Source: Octopus vulgaris (Eukaryota). Taken from it: DNA of 64,000 nucleotides. Shown here piece after piece: positions 25,861 to 39,494 of this stretch. The DNA lies in NCBI GenBank assembly GCA_951406725.2, contig OX597816.1:71734001-71798000 (forward strand), written 5' to 3'. The translations under genes and the position numbers were made by a program. The notes under the pieces are model-generated. The model was not told where the DNA came from, searched no databases, and saw only the letters and a list, made by a program, of their open reading frames with translations. Numbering within the stretch: the stretch's first letter is position 1; every line of letters starts with the position of its first letter.

Positions 25861-26624
25861 AATTACCGACGGTTCCTCTGTGAGCAGCCAAAGCCTATCG
25901 AATCATAGAGCATCGTCATAGGAAAGAATGAATACACTGGACAATGCAGTGCCAGGCAAAATGGTCATAACTGGAGCGCCTTTGGTAATGCGACTTAATA
26001 ACAACAACGACAAAAGATGAAGCCTCTATCTAGGTATGCTTGATATGCTAGAAATAACCGCAAAGATTACCTCGAATTACATCTTAAAGTCTTTAAAAAG
26101 GTGATGACGCATTCGACATTGTACTCATATTTACACTATGTATGAAAATATGTTAGGAGTGTCATGGCTGGAATACCTTTGGTCGTAGTCTGCTCAGTAT
26201 ATAAACAACTACAATAGCAGCACACATGCTGGTGCGCCTTTATTAATTTTTAAAGAATATTCTTACATTATTTATTAATCATTTTCTTCTTTTTTTTTTA
26301 CTTTATTACTAATAAATTATGCCACGTTAGTGGTATAATTAATTTTATAAATAATCACGTTTTTGGCGGGATTTACTAAAATAACTAACTTATTTTTTAC
26401 GTTATTAATCTTTTGATTGCAGCATAACAAAAGTCTCTTACATAAATTATGATGGAAGATTTTAATTCACGTACGAACATTTTAAAACATAAGGTTTTAC
26501 ATCAAAACAGTGAAAGGCGGTCTCAGTGGGGTTGGTGAAAAGCGAATTTAAGATGGAGTCTTTGTTTTGCTTTCTCTAATGGACATCAGGTAGTGAAAAC
26601 TAATCCTCATCGCACTGAAAATTG

Positions 26625-26714
26625 TGTGTGATTATGTGGTAAGAAGCTTGCGTCCCAACCACATGGCCCTGAGTTCAGTCCTACTGCGTAGCACCTTGGG
26701 CAAGTGTCTTCCAC
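26625..26714 (+). mobile_element. SINE-B head, truncated
   Basis: gtggtaagaagcttgc...gagttcagtcctactgcgtagcaccttgggcaagtgtcttc. Confidence 0.8.
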
Positions 26715-26900
26715 AGAGTGACTCAAGTTCCGAGAGTTTCGTGCGTTGGCACAGTGCCAACACACGACACTCTTGAACTCTGAGTCGCTTTCTTGCTTCT
26801 GCTAAATATTTATAAAAAATATACTTATAGTCATATTTTGAGTTCTATTTTCCCTGTTTGTACTAACATACCCGTGTTTGTGTAAAACATATATATATAT

Positions 26901-27254
26901 ATGGACCCTAAGTAAGGCATGTCTAAAATTTGAATGAAATTGGTTGTGTAATTCTCAAGTTTTAGGGATTCACACAGACTCACACACACACATTCTCAGT
27001 TTTATATATATATATATATATATATATAAAACTGAGAATGTGTGTGTGTGTGTCTGTCTCTCTGTCTGTCTGTGTGAATCCCTAAAACTTGACAATTACA
27101 CAACCAATTTCATTCAAATTTTAGACATGCCTTACTTAGGGTCCATGTAGTGTCATGGGCAAAAAAATGTTTAACTTCTTGCCTAGGGCGAGCCCACAAC
27201 AATATCATATCTTCTCTACTATTTCAGTATTACGTGTTAAAAGTGAAACAAAAA
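26901..27254. mobile_element. Helitron-like 5' end in head-to-head inverted duplication
   Basis: 26901-27000 is the reverse complement of ~27031-27146, centred on (TA)n; same family as 3680-3902. Confidence 0.8.
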
Positions 27255-27259
27255 CAGCT

Positions 27260-29835
27260 CTCTATTGTATGTTAGCCACTACACACACTTTTTTTCTCTC
27301 CTTGTTTTTTCTGTGTCCCTTTCTGTAGATAAGCGTAGGCTCGAAACGTAAAAGACTTTTTCTATTCCTGAGCGTTATACTAATACATCTGTTTGTTTTG
27401 TACACCACCTGTCTTCGTCTTTTGTTTTTTTCGTGAATTCTACCTATATATATCACACGCTCACGTGGTCTCACACGTTGATCCTATCTTTTCTTACCAC
27501 TACGAACTTCTCCACTGGACTCTTTACCTACTCTTCATCTACCATTTACGGATGCTTATCCTCCGGCTGCACCTCTCCTACACACGGATCACAGTGAACT
27601 CTACTCTTAATGAGAAATCCTTGCAATACACCACGACGTCTAAAAAAACCTTTGAATTTTACGTAAAACTGTCATTTTTGTCATTACTTTATTTTCATAT
27701 TTATTTTTATATTTTCTAAACTTTCCTGTATTTTTTGGTCTTTCCTTCTGTCGTCTCTTCCTTCTCTGGATGTCCTTACTATGTTTTCTCTAGTTTGCAC
27801 CCGTTATTTTGCCTCTCGCTCCCTTCGTTTCCTTTCTCTTCCCGCCTCATCTTCCCCCTTTCTCCTCACTTTCTATTTGTTCCATCCTCATCGCTTTTAT
27901 TTTCTTTTATTTTCTTCTCCCACCTTACATATATTTTCTTTTCTTCTTATTATTCTTTTATATATATATTTTTTAATTTATTATTATAATTTTTTAAAAA
28001 TTTTATTTTATTTTTATTTTTTTCTTCAAACGCTTGTGCTTCTTTCTCTCACACCTTTTGTATGTTCCTTTTCCACGTTTAATTGTCTTTATTTTTCTCT
28101 CTCCTTGTTATTCCACCATGCCGGACTATAAAGCCTACATCCTCACTCTTCACTATCGCCTAAAATAATACCTCTGCTTACTTCCTTCCCACTGCTTCCA
28201 GCCGTCCATTAACCTCTCTTTACTCATTAAAAAAAAACCCGCTTCTCTAGCCACGTTTCATTTCTCAGCCGCTACTTACATCACCACCTCATCCCTAAAG
28301 ATTTCCGTCTCCATTTCCACCTCACTCTCCACTCTGCTTTATCCATCCTACCCATACTCCGTGCCACATCTTACCGCCTTATGCGTGCCACCATTCGCTC
28401 CAATCTCTCTAAAATACATATCATCGACCGCCTTCTCCCTCCTGCTATTTCCACATTTTTCTCCTCTCTGCCGCCCTTCCATGCTCACAACACGTTGCGT
28501 TATATAATTCATTTAAATCATCTCTTTCATCAATTTCTTGCCAACACCAAACTTCGTAAACTCCACTCACTCCTCCATTCCATCACACCCGATGCCATTA
28601 CCCCAACTCCCCCACTACCCTTCTCCCTCCCTGATAGGCTCCACCCACCCACACCCAACCCACTGTCCTTCCAAACTCCCTCACACATCCCCACTTCCTA
28701 CCCCCAGCCTTCCACCAGCCCTACCACCCTCCTACCTCCACCCCTTCTCCACTTCAGTCTGTTGTTACCATTCCCCCAGATCTTCCCCTCTCTGTGGCGT
28801 AGCGCTCCATCCTCAGTAGGGCGTCTGCGTTTCATCCCCCTCACTCCATTCTGTAAGGAATTTCAGATTCGTGCTAATATCCACAGCTTTGTGCGCCGCG
28901 TCAGGTTGTATGCGCTTTTCCGCGACACTCCACCTTTATCAAACGAGGAGGACTGCTTCAATGGCCTGGGCCGCCGACCATCCCAGTAGACGCCTGCTCC
29001 TGGCCACTTCCAAGCAGTGGAACTTTTTGCGGGTGCCTGTCAGCGCGCTTTGGTGCGGTTCAACTTCTCCAGGCGCCACCGTCGTCTCAACATCTCCCCA
29101 GCCGAACTCTCGGCTCTTCGTTCCCTCCGACGGCGCGCTGACATCATTATTAAACCGGCCGACAAGGGTGGAGCTGTGGTGGTATGGCGCGCAGACCTCT
29201 ACAGGACCGAAGCTCTCCACCAACTCCTTGACACCTCCTTCTACTGCCCTCTGTCCTCTAACCCCACGCCCAGCTACCAACAGACGGTCTCCTCTACCAT
29301 CTACGACCTCATCTCGTCCTCGCATCTCCCCCACACCGCATCCAACCTCATCGTCCAAACGCCCCGCAGCCCACCATTTACTTCCTCCACAACATCCACA
29401 AACCCAACAACCCTGGCCGCCCCATCGTCTCCGACTGTAACTGCCCCGCCGAGCTTATCTCCAAATATCTCGACCGTGTCCTTGCCCCCTAGTGGCTTCT
29501 CTTCCTTCTCACATCCATGACACCAACCATGCTCTTCGTCTTTTCAACTCTTTCTCCTTCACTCCTCTCTTTATAATGGACATCCAGAGCCTCTACACTG
29601 TGATCCCTCACCACGAGGGGCTGCGTGCACTTAAGCACTTCCTGGACCTACGACCCAATCCCCAACTCGACACCTCCACACTCGTTCGTCAGGCCGAACT
29701 TGTCCTCTCACTCAACTGCTTCTCGTTCGCGGCCGAGTTCTACCAGCAGTTCTCGGGAGTGGCCATGGGAACGAGAATGGATCCCAACTATGCAAACCTA
29801 TTCGTTGGCTATGTTGAGGCCCAAATATTCTCTAG
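27260..29835 (+). mobile_element. Penelope-like retroelement, 3'-truncated, with upstream terminal repeat
   Basis: Terminal-repeat-like segment 27260-27452, pyrimidine-rich leader, then a decayed ORF; ends abruptly in (TA)n before the catalytic DD motif. Confidence 0.8.
28200..29835 (+). pseudogene. PLE reverse transcriptase pseudogene
   Basis: SHVSFLSRYLHHHLIPKDFRL, IIIKPADKGGAVVVW, IHKPNNPGRPIVS, MDIQSLYTVIPH, FYQQFSGVAMGTRMDPNYANLFVG: diagnostic PLE RT motifs, with a stop and frameshifts. Confidence 0.92.
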
Positions 29836-29888
29836 TATATATATATACACATACATATACAGAGACATTATATATATATATATATAAA

Positions 29889-29943
<55 letters not shown>

Positions 29944-29960
29944 TGTGTGTGTGTATATGT

Positions 29961-30012
<52 letters not shown>

Positions 30013-30042
30013 CATATATACATATACATATACACACACACA

Positions 30043-30102
<60 letters not shown>

Positions 30103-30112
30103 GATAAGTATG

Positions 30113-30352
30113 TGCGTATGTCTTTCTGTTTGTGCTTGTCCCTTATCGCCGCTTGACAACCGATGTTGGTGTATCTTCGCTCCGCATCAGTGACATAGCG
30201 GTTCGACAATGGTACCGATAGAATAAGTACCAGACTTATCATAAAAAATGATAATAATAAGTACTGGGGTCGATTCATTTAACTAAACATTCTTCAAGGC
30301 GGTGCTCCAGCATGGCTCAGTCTGATAACGAAAACAAATAAAAAGTAAAAGA
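30113..30352 (+). mobile_element. SINE-B 3' half
   Basis: gcttgacaaccgatg..gatagaataagtac..ggcggtgctccagcatggc. Confidence 0.8.
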
Positions 30353-30929
30353 TAGGAGATAACAAATCAATGATTGATCATGCTTTGATGTTCTATGGAA
30401 CGCTTTCACGCATTCTTATTTCTTAATTACATATTAAGCGATACGATGACACAATAATCATTCTTCGTACGGTCCAGCAGATTCGAGCGTGAATATGCTA
30501 ATCGCTGCTGTATTTCATCACTGGAGGACAACTTCTCCTTTCAGACCAATCTGTGATCATAACGCACGCTTGTGATTCGTGTAAAGGGAGTCTTGAACTC
30601 AACCAAATCTAACACGGACTATTAACTCTAACAACAGTTTGTAGGTGTTGTTTATAACTTCGACAAATAAATTATTTGTTGTTACGTGCTTATATTTTCA
30701 AATCTATAACATAAATCGCCATGTGTATTGTGTCCGATGAACTTTGGCTGGTTATTTTCAGAATATGCTTGTATTAATATTTGAGAACTCCTTGTCTGAA
30801 ATGTACGTCTTGGTATAAAATATGTGGAAGTGTTGCGTTGGAGTGAAGTTACAGGGCCTAGTTTTTTGTATCTTCAAAATATATTCTATTAGTCAGGAAA
30901 GAACCTATGGAGTAACGAGCGCGAGAACA

Positions 30930-31560
30930 ACTGCAGCACATCAGGGCCACTGACACCAATGCATCTCGTATCGGGATTGCTGGGTGAACGGGGAGAAAGT
31001 GAAAGGCAGCAAGCAGTGGAGCACCAAAAACACAAAGCCCTTCATGGTAGGACAGGGTCGGAATCGGAAGCTCTACAATGCAATATAACACGAGCCTCAA
31101 TGCTAGTACCTCCTCCTGCATTAGATTCGATCTCTCATTCCTACTAGCAGATCTGTGACGATGAAGAAATTGGGTACCTAGATGAGGTGGGAGCAGGTGA
31201 TGGAGTGCAATATCACGGGGAAGGTCATCTGAAAGTGGAACACCCGCACAGAATCTAGTTCTTATTCCTAGGTGTCTACGATATCCTCTTCAGCCAGCTT
31301 ATTTACATGACCCAGCCACCTTATGATGTAAGATAGGGACTCTCGAGTATATTTTAAGCTGTTACTCCAAAGTACTGAGTAAAGGACCCCTTCGCTACAA
31401 ACCCATTGGGATCGTGTAGACCATCACTGACGCAACCAGTAAGGAGATTAGTGACAATAGAAATGTGGCATTACAGGAGCGACTGGATGAAGAACCATCA
31501 AGAACAATATAGAGTCTGTTGGGAAAACACCAAGATGGCTCTGCCAGCAAAGTGGTGATC
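30930..31560 (+). pseudogene. Decayed HERO-like (RLE-type) non-LTR retrotransposon C-terminal fragment
   Basis: TGRK*KAA, LGT*MRWEQVMECNITGKVI*K, HRI*FLFLGVYDILFS and GTLEYILSCYSKVLSKG resemble the HERO post-RT/zinc-knuckle region. Confidence 0.65.
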
Positions 31561-31702
31561 GGTGGGGTTAATAGAATGCTTAATCAGCCTCGGCCAAGTT
31601 GCTGGATAAGGGTGTCTGTTTTTAGACCCGAAACAGCCAGTGATTCCGAGACACAACACTGACGGTGGGTCTATGTATTGTATTTGTAGATGTTCGCTAA
31701 GC

Positions 31703-31739
<37 letters not shown>

Positions 31740-32027
31740 TATAAACGAGTGTGTTTTATGCATGTTTATATATGTGTGTACTTATATAATACATATATAC
31801 ATATATACATAAACATATACTTATATAGATATATACATAAACATATATGGTGTATAAAAATACAATGGTGAGGTAAAAAAAATCAAACAGACAGGGTGTA
31901 TCAGATTTACGTTAAGGAAAATAAGTCACTAATGTCTTCGAACGTATGCTTTCCTACAGAAACGATAGATGAGGAAAAAGAAAAGAAAAAGAAAAAGAAA
32001 AGAACATATAATATGTGTACACACAGA

Positions 32028-32468
32028 AGGCGGCGAACTGGCAGAAACGTTAGCACGCTAGGCGAGATGCTCAGCGGTATTTCGTTTGCCGTTACGTTCT
32101 GAGTTCAAATTCCGCCGTGGTCGACTTTGCCTTTCATCCTTTTGGGGTCGATAAATTAAGTACCAGTTACGCACTGGGGTCGATGTAATCGACTTAATCC
32201 CTTTGTCTGTCCTTATTTGTCCCCACTATGTTTAGTTCCTTGTGGGTAATAAAGAAAAAAGAAATAAGAAACATTAGCACGCCGGGCGAAATACTTAGCG
32301 GTATTTCGCTTGTCTTTACGTTCTGAGTTCAACTTCCGCTGAGGTCGATTTTGCATTTCATCCTTTTGGGGTCGATAAATTAAATACCAGTTGCGTAATG
32401 GGGTCAATCGAATCGACTGGCCCCCTCTCCCAAAAAAATTTCAGACCTTCTGCCTAAAATAGAAAAAT
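32028..32468 (+). mobile_element. SINE-A dimer (tail A then tail B)
   Basis: Junction aaagaaataAGAAACattagcacg at ~32260-32282. Confidence 0.9.
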
Positions 32469-32920
32469 TGTGCAACCACACACACACATATATGCACAAA
32501 TAAACAAATGCAACCAAGTGGTTCTTAACTCGATTCCACTTCAGGGTACCTTGGGCGAGCGTCTTCTACAGCTGCCTCTTGTTGCTAGCTTAGGAGTTAG
32601 ATTTCAGTATACTTTATTCAGAAGACTGTCGTATATATGTATGTATCCGCTTGTCCGTACATCCATCCATACATACATGTCAGTAAATGCCTAAGTGGCA
32701 ATCTGGATAAGTGGAACAGTAAAAATATGCAAGACTTTTCTCAAGTTTAAAATGTGACATTGTTCTTGTTATCTAAGTTCCATTGATGGAGCTTTGTGTC
32801 TTTGTTAGCAACCAGCTCCTTCCTCAGAAGAAGAATCTGAATAGTTAAAAACAGAAGACATACATTCACACACACATAATACATACACACACACATACAT
32901 ACACATATACACACATACAT

Positions 32921-33006
<86 letters not shown>

Positions 33007-33024
33007 CGGCTAGAGCAGACTGAC

Positions 33025-33375
33025 CGAACGGTTAAAAAGCTTGCTTCCCAACCACGAGGTCCGGGTTCAATTCCGCTGAATGGAATCTTGGGCAACACCA
33101 TTCTCTATACCTTCGATCCATATCTCGTGAGTGAAATTTGTTAGTCGGAAAATGTAGAGAAGACCATCAGGTAGATTGTACCAGTAATTCTAAAGGTACA
33201 GCCTTATCACTCTAACTGTGTTGCGTTCGGCCGTAGAACACGATAGAATAAACACCAGGTTTAAGAAAGAAAAGTATCGGGTTGATTCATTCGACTAAAA
33301 ATTCTTCAAGGCGGTGCCCCAGCATGACCGCAGTCTGATGACTGAAACAAGTAAGAGATAACAGAAAAGATAAAG
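33025..33375 (+). mobile_element. Degenerate SINE-B
   Basis: aagcttgcttcccaaccac..ccgggttcaattcc head; ggcggtgccccagcatg..actgaaacaagt tail. Confidence 0.7.
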
Positions 33376-33612
33376 GATTAAAATCATGTTAGGTGTACAC
33401 GTGTCTGCGGTAATACAGGAGCAGATAATTCAGTTGATGGAATAACTGGCATCATCGTCGTCGACCGACGGAGATCCATCACGACCGCTGATACCGCCGC
33501 CGCCTTTATATGCATGTCTGATAAAATAAATGTTTCATCTGATGCTACGAAAAAAAATTAATAGCCTTGACAAAGAAACATATAACAAACTGAACTGTTG
33601 CCACTAATAACA

Positions 33613-33658
<46 letters not shown>

Positions 33659-33702
33659 ACACACACACACACACACATATATGCATACATAGATACATAT
33701 AT

Positions 33703-33746
<44 letters not shown>

Positions 33747-33807
33747 ATATATATACATATACATATATGTATGTATATATATACATTTACATATATGTAT
33801 ATATATA

Positions 33808-33848
<41 letters not shown>

Positions 33849-33863
33849 GCACACGCACATATG

Positions 33864-33910
<47 letters not shown>

Positions 33911-33914
33911 AACC

Positions 33915-35290
33915 ACTAAATAGAGAGAGTATAGGAATTGCTACTACAATTAATATAGATGAAAGCCTTGAATCTCTAGCCTTCCGAACATTACATATTA
34001 CGCTTAACGACCACAAACCGAATTTTACTAGCAACCATAAATACCACTTAATTAACTCGGCAAAACCTGAATTAGGAGCACTTAGCAAGCAAAGGACGAT
34101 TATTCTTAGAGTAGATATTATATCCTTCTCTTATTAAGCAGCAGTATGAATGTACAAAAATCGTTTTGCTGAATCTACAACCAGTAGAATTGTAGATTTA
34201 CTCGACTTGGCGTTTCTGATTTTTATAATTTTATCACAAACCGCCTTCTTAAAGTTTTGGCCTTTGCAAAGAAGTCGTTAGCATATCCAATAGTTATATA
34301 ATTATGTTTGCAGGAAAATCTCTCTTGTATTTTGATTATTCCACCGCGGTCAAGAAAAACGGAGTCGAATTATGTGGTGTCTCTTTAGACGTATATGCAT
34401 AGTTGTATGAAGTTTTAAGCTTTATATTGTAGTCATTTGTCAGAAAACATATACTTGAGGAAGAAAAGGAATTCGTAGAAACGATGGGTTGTCACCCAGA
34501 CCAAGAGTGGACACGAGTTTGATAGGTTTAGGAAAGTGCTTATTAGATTTTAAAATGAAATATGCGTACGTACTTTAGCTGATATTAACCTTACTGTTGT
34601 AAATTTTTTAGACATTAGGTAGCCTTTACCATAAGCCTAATTCACAATTTTGCTGTGTAACGTGTTCTAACCCAACATCAAGAGCTTTACGTGATTTAAT
34701 CCATAGGATTGCTAAGTGGATATCATCATTATATTTAAATGAAACGAAGTTTCTCATGCATCTTAGTAATGCAATATGGCTGCTCGGAACAGCGGATTTT
34801 TAGAGGGAAATAAATTATCAACTTGTAACTAATGTTCCACGGTGCATATTTAAGAAACGGAAAATTATTTATAACGCAATATTGTATATAATGTAAGTGT
34901 TAGAACAAACACAACCACAGAATTTCTTGATTTAATATCCCTCCAATGAACCTCAAATACATCTTTGACAAACGTTTTCTCTAGTTAGCTGTGCTGCATG
35001 TAAAAAAAAAATCTTTGAAAGTTCTATAAGAAATGCTGAGCGACTTCTAATGCAATTAATTCAACTGTAACTGCACCATTCGTATTGAATGCCCGACTGA
35101 AGTCATTAAGAAGCTGTGCTTAGCTACACATGGACACTTTAAACAGAAACTATATTATGAATTAATTGAATATAACTCTAAACTTCATTTTTATTAGTAC
35201 GAGCATTCTTTCATTAACCAGGTAAGTATATTTAACCACATTATCGAAATACATTTGGATCTTGAAAAACATCCCTCATGCATTTAACAT
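33915..35290 (+). pseudogene. Heavily decayed PLE (second lineage): RT and probable GIY-YIG region
   Basis: [53 protein letters not shown] motifs in collinear order. Confidence 0.7.
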
Positions 35291-36119
35291 TACGTGGTCA
35301 GTACTGGAATTTATGTACAGTAGTTTTCGGTAAAGTGAGGAACTGCTATCTTGCCCTTAAATTTTGTATGTTTGAACTTTAGCTCTCAGTTTTTAGTAGC
35401 TTGAATTTTTTTTCCTTTCTAAGCATTCAACCGCATAAAAATATCACCATTTAGAAATTGTCGAACATCTACGTATCATGTGGTCGTTTCTTGCTATCCT
35501 CATTCTAGGAATTTCCCTATAAATGTTTGTGCATGTTAAATATGCACCTATAGATAAAAAGAGTAATACATACTCAATACTAAAGAGTAGGTGTTATTTA
35601 TGGTTGTGTGTGTATGTGTGTGTGTGAGTGAAAAAATAAGAAAAAAGAATTGAAAATACGCGAAATTTATATATATATATATATATAAAGCTACAAAGTT
35701 ATGTTATCACATAAAAATATTTTCATATAAAAGTTTTACAGTAAAAATATCTGTATATGCCTTCACAAGGTGAGTTTTACACAGACGCACACATACTCGT
35801 AAAGAGACGTAATCACCTTTTACAGAAAAGTTTTCTAGTAAAAAAGTTTTCGTATATGTATAAAATAAGTTGTACTGAATATGTTTTAGTACATGCTTTA
35901 ACCAAAGAAGTTTTTTCTGGAGGAGAAAAATTACATTTTACTAAGCAATTACGCTGTCATCAGCTTTCCAAAGTTTAATATATATTCTTCAATATACTTT
36001 TATCCCGTGTATATATCCATACATACATAAATACATACATGCATACATACATACATATGCATGAGAATACATACTTAAAGCAAAACGTACAAATTTGCAC
36101 ACATACATACATACAAACA

Positions 36120-36240
36120 AAAATACCCTGTTGTTGAAATTCCAATGAAAGAGCCTTGAATCTAGGTTAGAAACCGGCTCTTTCTCTATTGGCAACAAAT
36201 CTTGAAACACAACTGAACAATGACATACATACATACATAC
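36120..36240 (+). repeat. Short dispersed repeat with (CATA)n tail (second copy ~37190-37312)
   Basis: ccttgaatct..ctattggc..aaatcttgaaac..aactgaacaatgacatac shared between the two copies. Confidence 0.7.
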
Positions 36241-36579
36241 AAATATTCATACATACATGCATATATATATACATATACACACATACATGCACACACACTT
36301 ATACTTACACACACACGCACACACGCACGCACGCACACACGCACGCACACACACACACACACGCAAACATGCATCTTAGTATAGAAGCAAGAGAAAATTA
36401 ATACTCAGTATGATATAGTAGCATTCATTGTCATGTTATTTGAAGCTTAAGACCCACCTCAACGCTACTCTGAGTTTCTCGTTCTGGTACCTTGTAATGT
36501 TCATGAAGGTGACTGTTATGAAATTTTATTTATATATATCAACAAGTCGTGCACTGATATAATATGACCGAATTATTCA

Positions 36580-36850
36580 ACCATCATACATATATCATGA
36601 CCGCTTCTTTGTTCTCGAGTGTAGCCATCGCCTGGCTCACTTCAGAATCGGTCTCATATGTGAGCGGTATGGATGTGGCTTTTCAGGCCAACAAGTAAGA
36701 AATCTGCATTATTTTGTACGAAAGTTGCATATATGATTGTTTCCAACAACATGAGCCACTCGTTGGTTATCAGGCACTTTCATGTGGCGTTTCAAATCCC
36801 CTGCTGATAGGCAAAGCTTGCCGCATTCAGAGTATGTTTTTATAGTGTGT
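36580..36850 (-). pseudogene. RTE-like LINE 3' end with two decayed C2H2-type fingers
   Basis: SECGKLCLSAGDLKRHMKV and HICNFRTK*..VGLKSHIHTAH, then a short UTR and TATG-type tail. Confidence 0.55.
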
Positions 36851-37312
36851 ATGGCGTTATCCAAGTCAACTCTCATTACATGACCACTTTTTGCCATCCA
36901 ACTGAAGCAGACGATCTAGCGGATCGTCTGCTTCAGCTGCTAGAGCAGACGATTTGCTTGAGCAGATGATCTGCTAAAACAGACGCACGTCACCTCACTT
37001 TGGTCACCCACATTTTCCCGAAATATCACATTCACACCATTTCTAGAATCCCTCTTCAGTTTCTCGTGATTTCTTCGAGCTATTTCGAATTTTTCTTTCC
37101 GGTCATATACTGTTTTCCTCCATCTGGCCCGGCCAGTTGCAATTTTTCCGCAATGTTAGCTTTCTTTCTTCAAATGTGTTATTACACAGTCCTTGAATCT
37201 CATCTTAGGTTTATGAGGTGGACGCTTTCTGTTCCTCAGCTATTGGCGAGAAATCTTGAAACAAAACTGAACAATGACATACGTACATACATACGTACGT
37301 ACATACATACAT

Positions 37313-37975
37313 AGTCTTCCAAAGCCGTACAGTATTTCTCAGACAACACCTGCTAAACAACAGTAGCAAACAAAAATATATAAACTTAAAGCTGGAAAGT
37401 GAAGAGAACAACATGCTACTTGCCAGCTGTGTGAGCTTCCTCAAGAAGCACTCTCTTCTTGAAGACCTGCCATACAACCCCAAATCAACTGAACAAGCAT
37501 ACTTCAAAACAGACCTGGATGCGAAATGTTCAGCGTATCAAAAAAAAAAAAAACTATGCATGGGTATGTTACCTGAAGACTTGAAGACGACAGTAATATC
37601 GACTTGAAGTGCAGTCTGTCTAGGAATCGTGACCAATATATCAAATTGCACTTCGAAGTCTCTTCGTTTGCAATCGCTACAAAATACCTGATCAACAAAA
37701 GAGACAGTGAACCCTTTGAAACCCCAAGATGTAAGTAAAAATAGCGATTATGTCACATTTCTGTAGAATACATCACATGTGATTAGCAGCTGCCCAAAGA
37801 TGCCATCAAAGTACTGCTTCTCTAAGCGACATGATGTTATCGCTAAAGTAATGTACAATGCCATTACGGAAAAAAAGAGTCCTGAAATGAATATAGAGAA
37901 TCTTCCTGTTATTGAATGCATACATAGGTATCAACATATGGAAAAATGGTGGAACATTTCCGCCAAAACTTCTCG
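37313..37975 (+). pseudogene. R4/Dong-like LINE C-terminal fragment
   Basis: IATKYLINKRD..ISSCPKMPSKYCFSKRHDVIAKVMYNAI..EKWWN (CCHC knuckle/RHD region). Confidence 0.75.
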
Positions 37976-38082
37976 AATTGGTAGAAACAGTAGCCACATT
38001 TTTAAGGCTCAACAATCTCTCTCTCTTTCTCTCTCTCCTTCTCTCTTCCTCCTTCCTTTCTCTCTCTGCATCTGCCTGTCTG

Positions 38083-38115
<33 letters not shown>

Positions 38116-38149
38116 TTATAGTATTCTATTCTATCAATCTAAAAACATT

Positions 38150-38790
38150 AAGTCAGCTTGGAAGCCTGATAGCAGCATCCCAACCTGCTAGAACTAGCAG
38201 CCAAATATTTCTAGGGTTAAACAACACATATATGATATGAAGCCAACTTGGGAACCTTTTGGCAGTCACTCGAGCTGCAAGAAGAAGCAGCAAAATTTCT
38301 TTAGTATCACCTCTAAGATTTTAAAGGTTGTCTTAAGGAAGTATCAAATAATGTGGTCAGAGGAACGCTTCACCTGGGAAAGGACAAAATGACTGCAGCT
38401 GGAATGTCTTTTATCATAGATCATAAGTTTGATGGATAGGGGAAGACTAAGGACAAAAGAACATATGGTATGGAACCAACTTAGAAACCTTTTGATTCTC
38501 ACGTGGCCTGCTAGAAATAGCAATCAAATTTCCCTCTTTCTATATTGTCTTAAATAAAGGCAAGGGCACTTAAATAATGGAACCGAGATACACAATGCCT
38601 GGAAAAGACAAGGAAAAGACAATATGGTCACGGTTAGAATGCCTTCGATTATAGAATAAAGGTGTGCTCGATCAAGACTGATCTGTAGATAAATAATGTA
38701 TATACGATAAGAAACAAATACGAAGGCTTCTTGGTTGTAACTCGATCAGTTACAAATACCAGCCAAATTTCCCTCTCATCTCTCGTCCGT
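38150..38790 (+). repeat. Four adjacent copies of an old dispersed repeat (core cctgctagaaatagcagccaaat)
   Basis: Core at ~38183, 38275, 38507, 38748; related copies near 4390, 7297, 10800, 17805, 24978, 26045, 40040. Confidence 0.6.
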
Positions 38791-39419
38791 AACTCTTTGC
38801 CTGTCCGAAGCATGTCATACGTGTGTCCTAAACGTCCGTATTTGTTTTTAGACTTTTAGTTAGCCGTTGTTGCATGTTCTGAGTAATATAAAGATTTCCT
38901 TTCACAAGTCTTAAGTTACTCTGGTGAGCAAAAAGAAAAAAGAAAGAAAGAAAGAAAGAAAGACAGAAAGACAGAAAGAAAGAAAGACAGAAAGACAGAA
39001 AGAAAGAAAGAAAACGCGTATCATATATGATGCTTGGACATCCAGGGAAAAATGTCCTGAGTATCAGGGCAGACAAAAGGTTAAAGACTGGAGGGATATA
39101 TTTGGTAATATAGCCCCAGATATGCCTGAAAAAAAACGAAAACAAGATGACCATGACTTAGGTTGCCTTTGATTATAGATGATGGATCTTCTTGGTCAGA
39201 ACTGACCGGGGGCTTCACAGCAACAACAATCTATTAGCCTACATCCATTACCTCTTTTTTCCCTCACCTCTTCACATTAACGAATCAAATTACCAACGAT
39301 ATTTAATGAGTCCAATGCGTACATCAAAGAAACACAGACGTGTTGTAATAAAAACAGAAAGAGATGATGACTGCGAGGCTTTCGGTAGGGAAAGACAGAT
39401 AATGGTAGAAGAGATAGAG

Positions 39420-39494
<75 letters not shown>

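Noticed and set aside
30730-30765. tgtccgatgaac resembling the 22708 hammerhead start
   Set aside because: No stem II or GAAA follows.
36709-36897. Host C2H2 zinc-finger gene
   Set aside because: Fingers are broken, lack TGEKP linkers and are followed by a LINE-like tail; better explained as an RTE-like 3' end.
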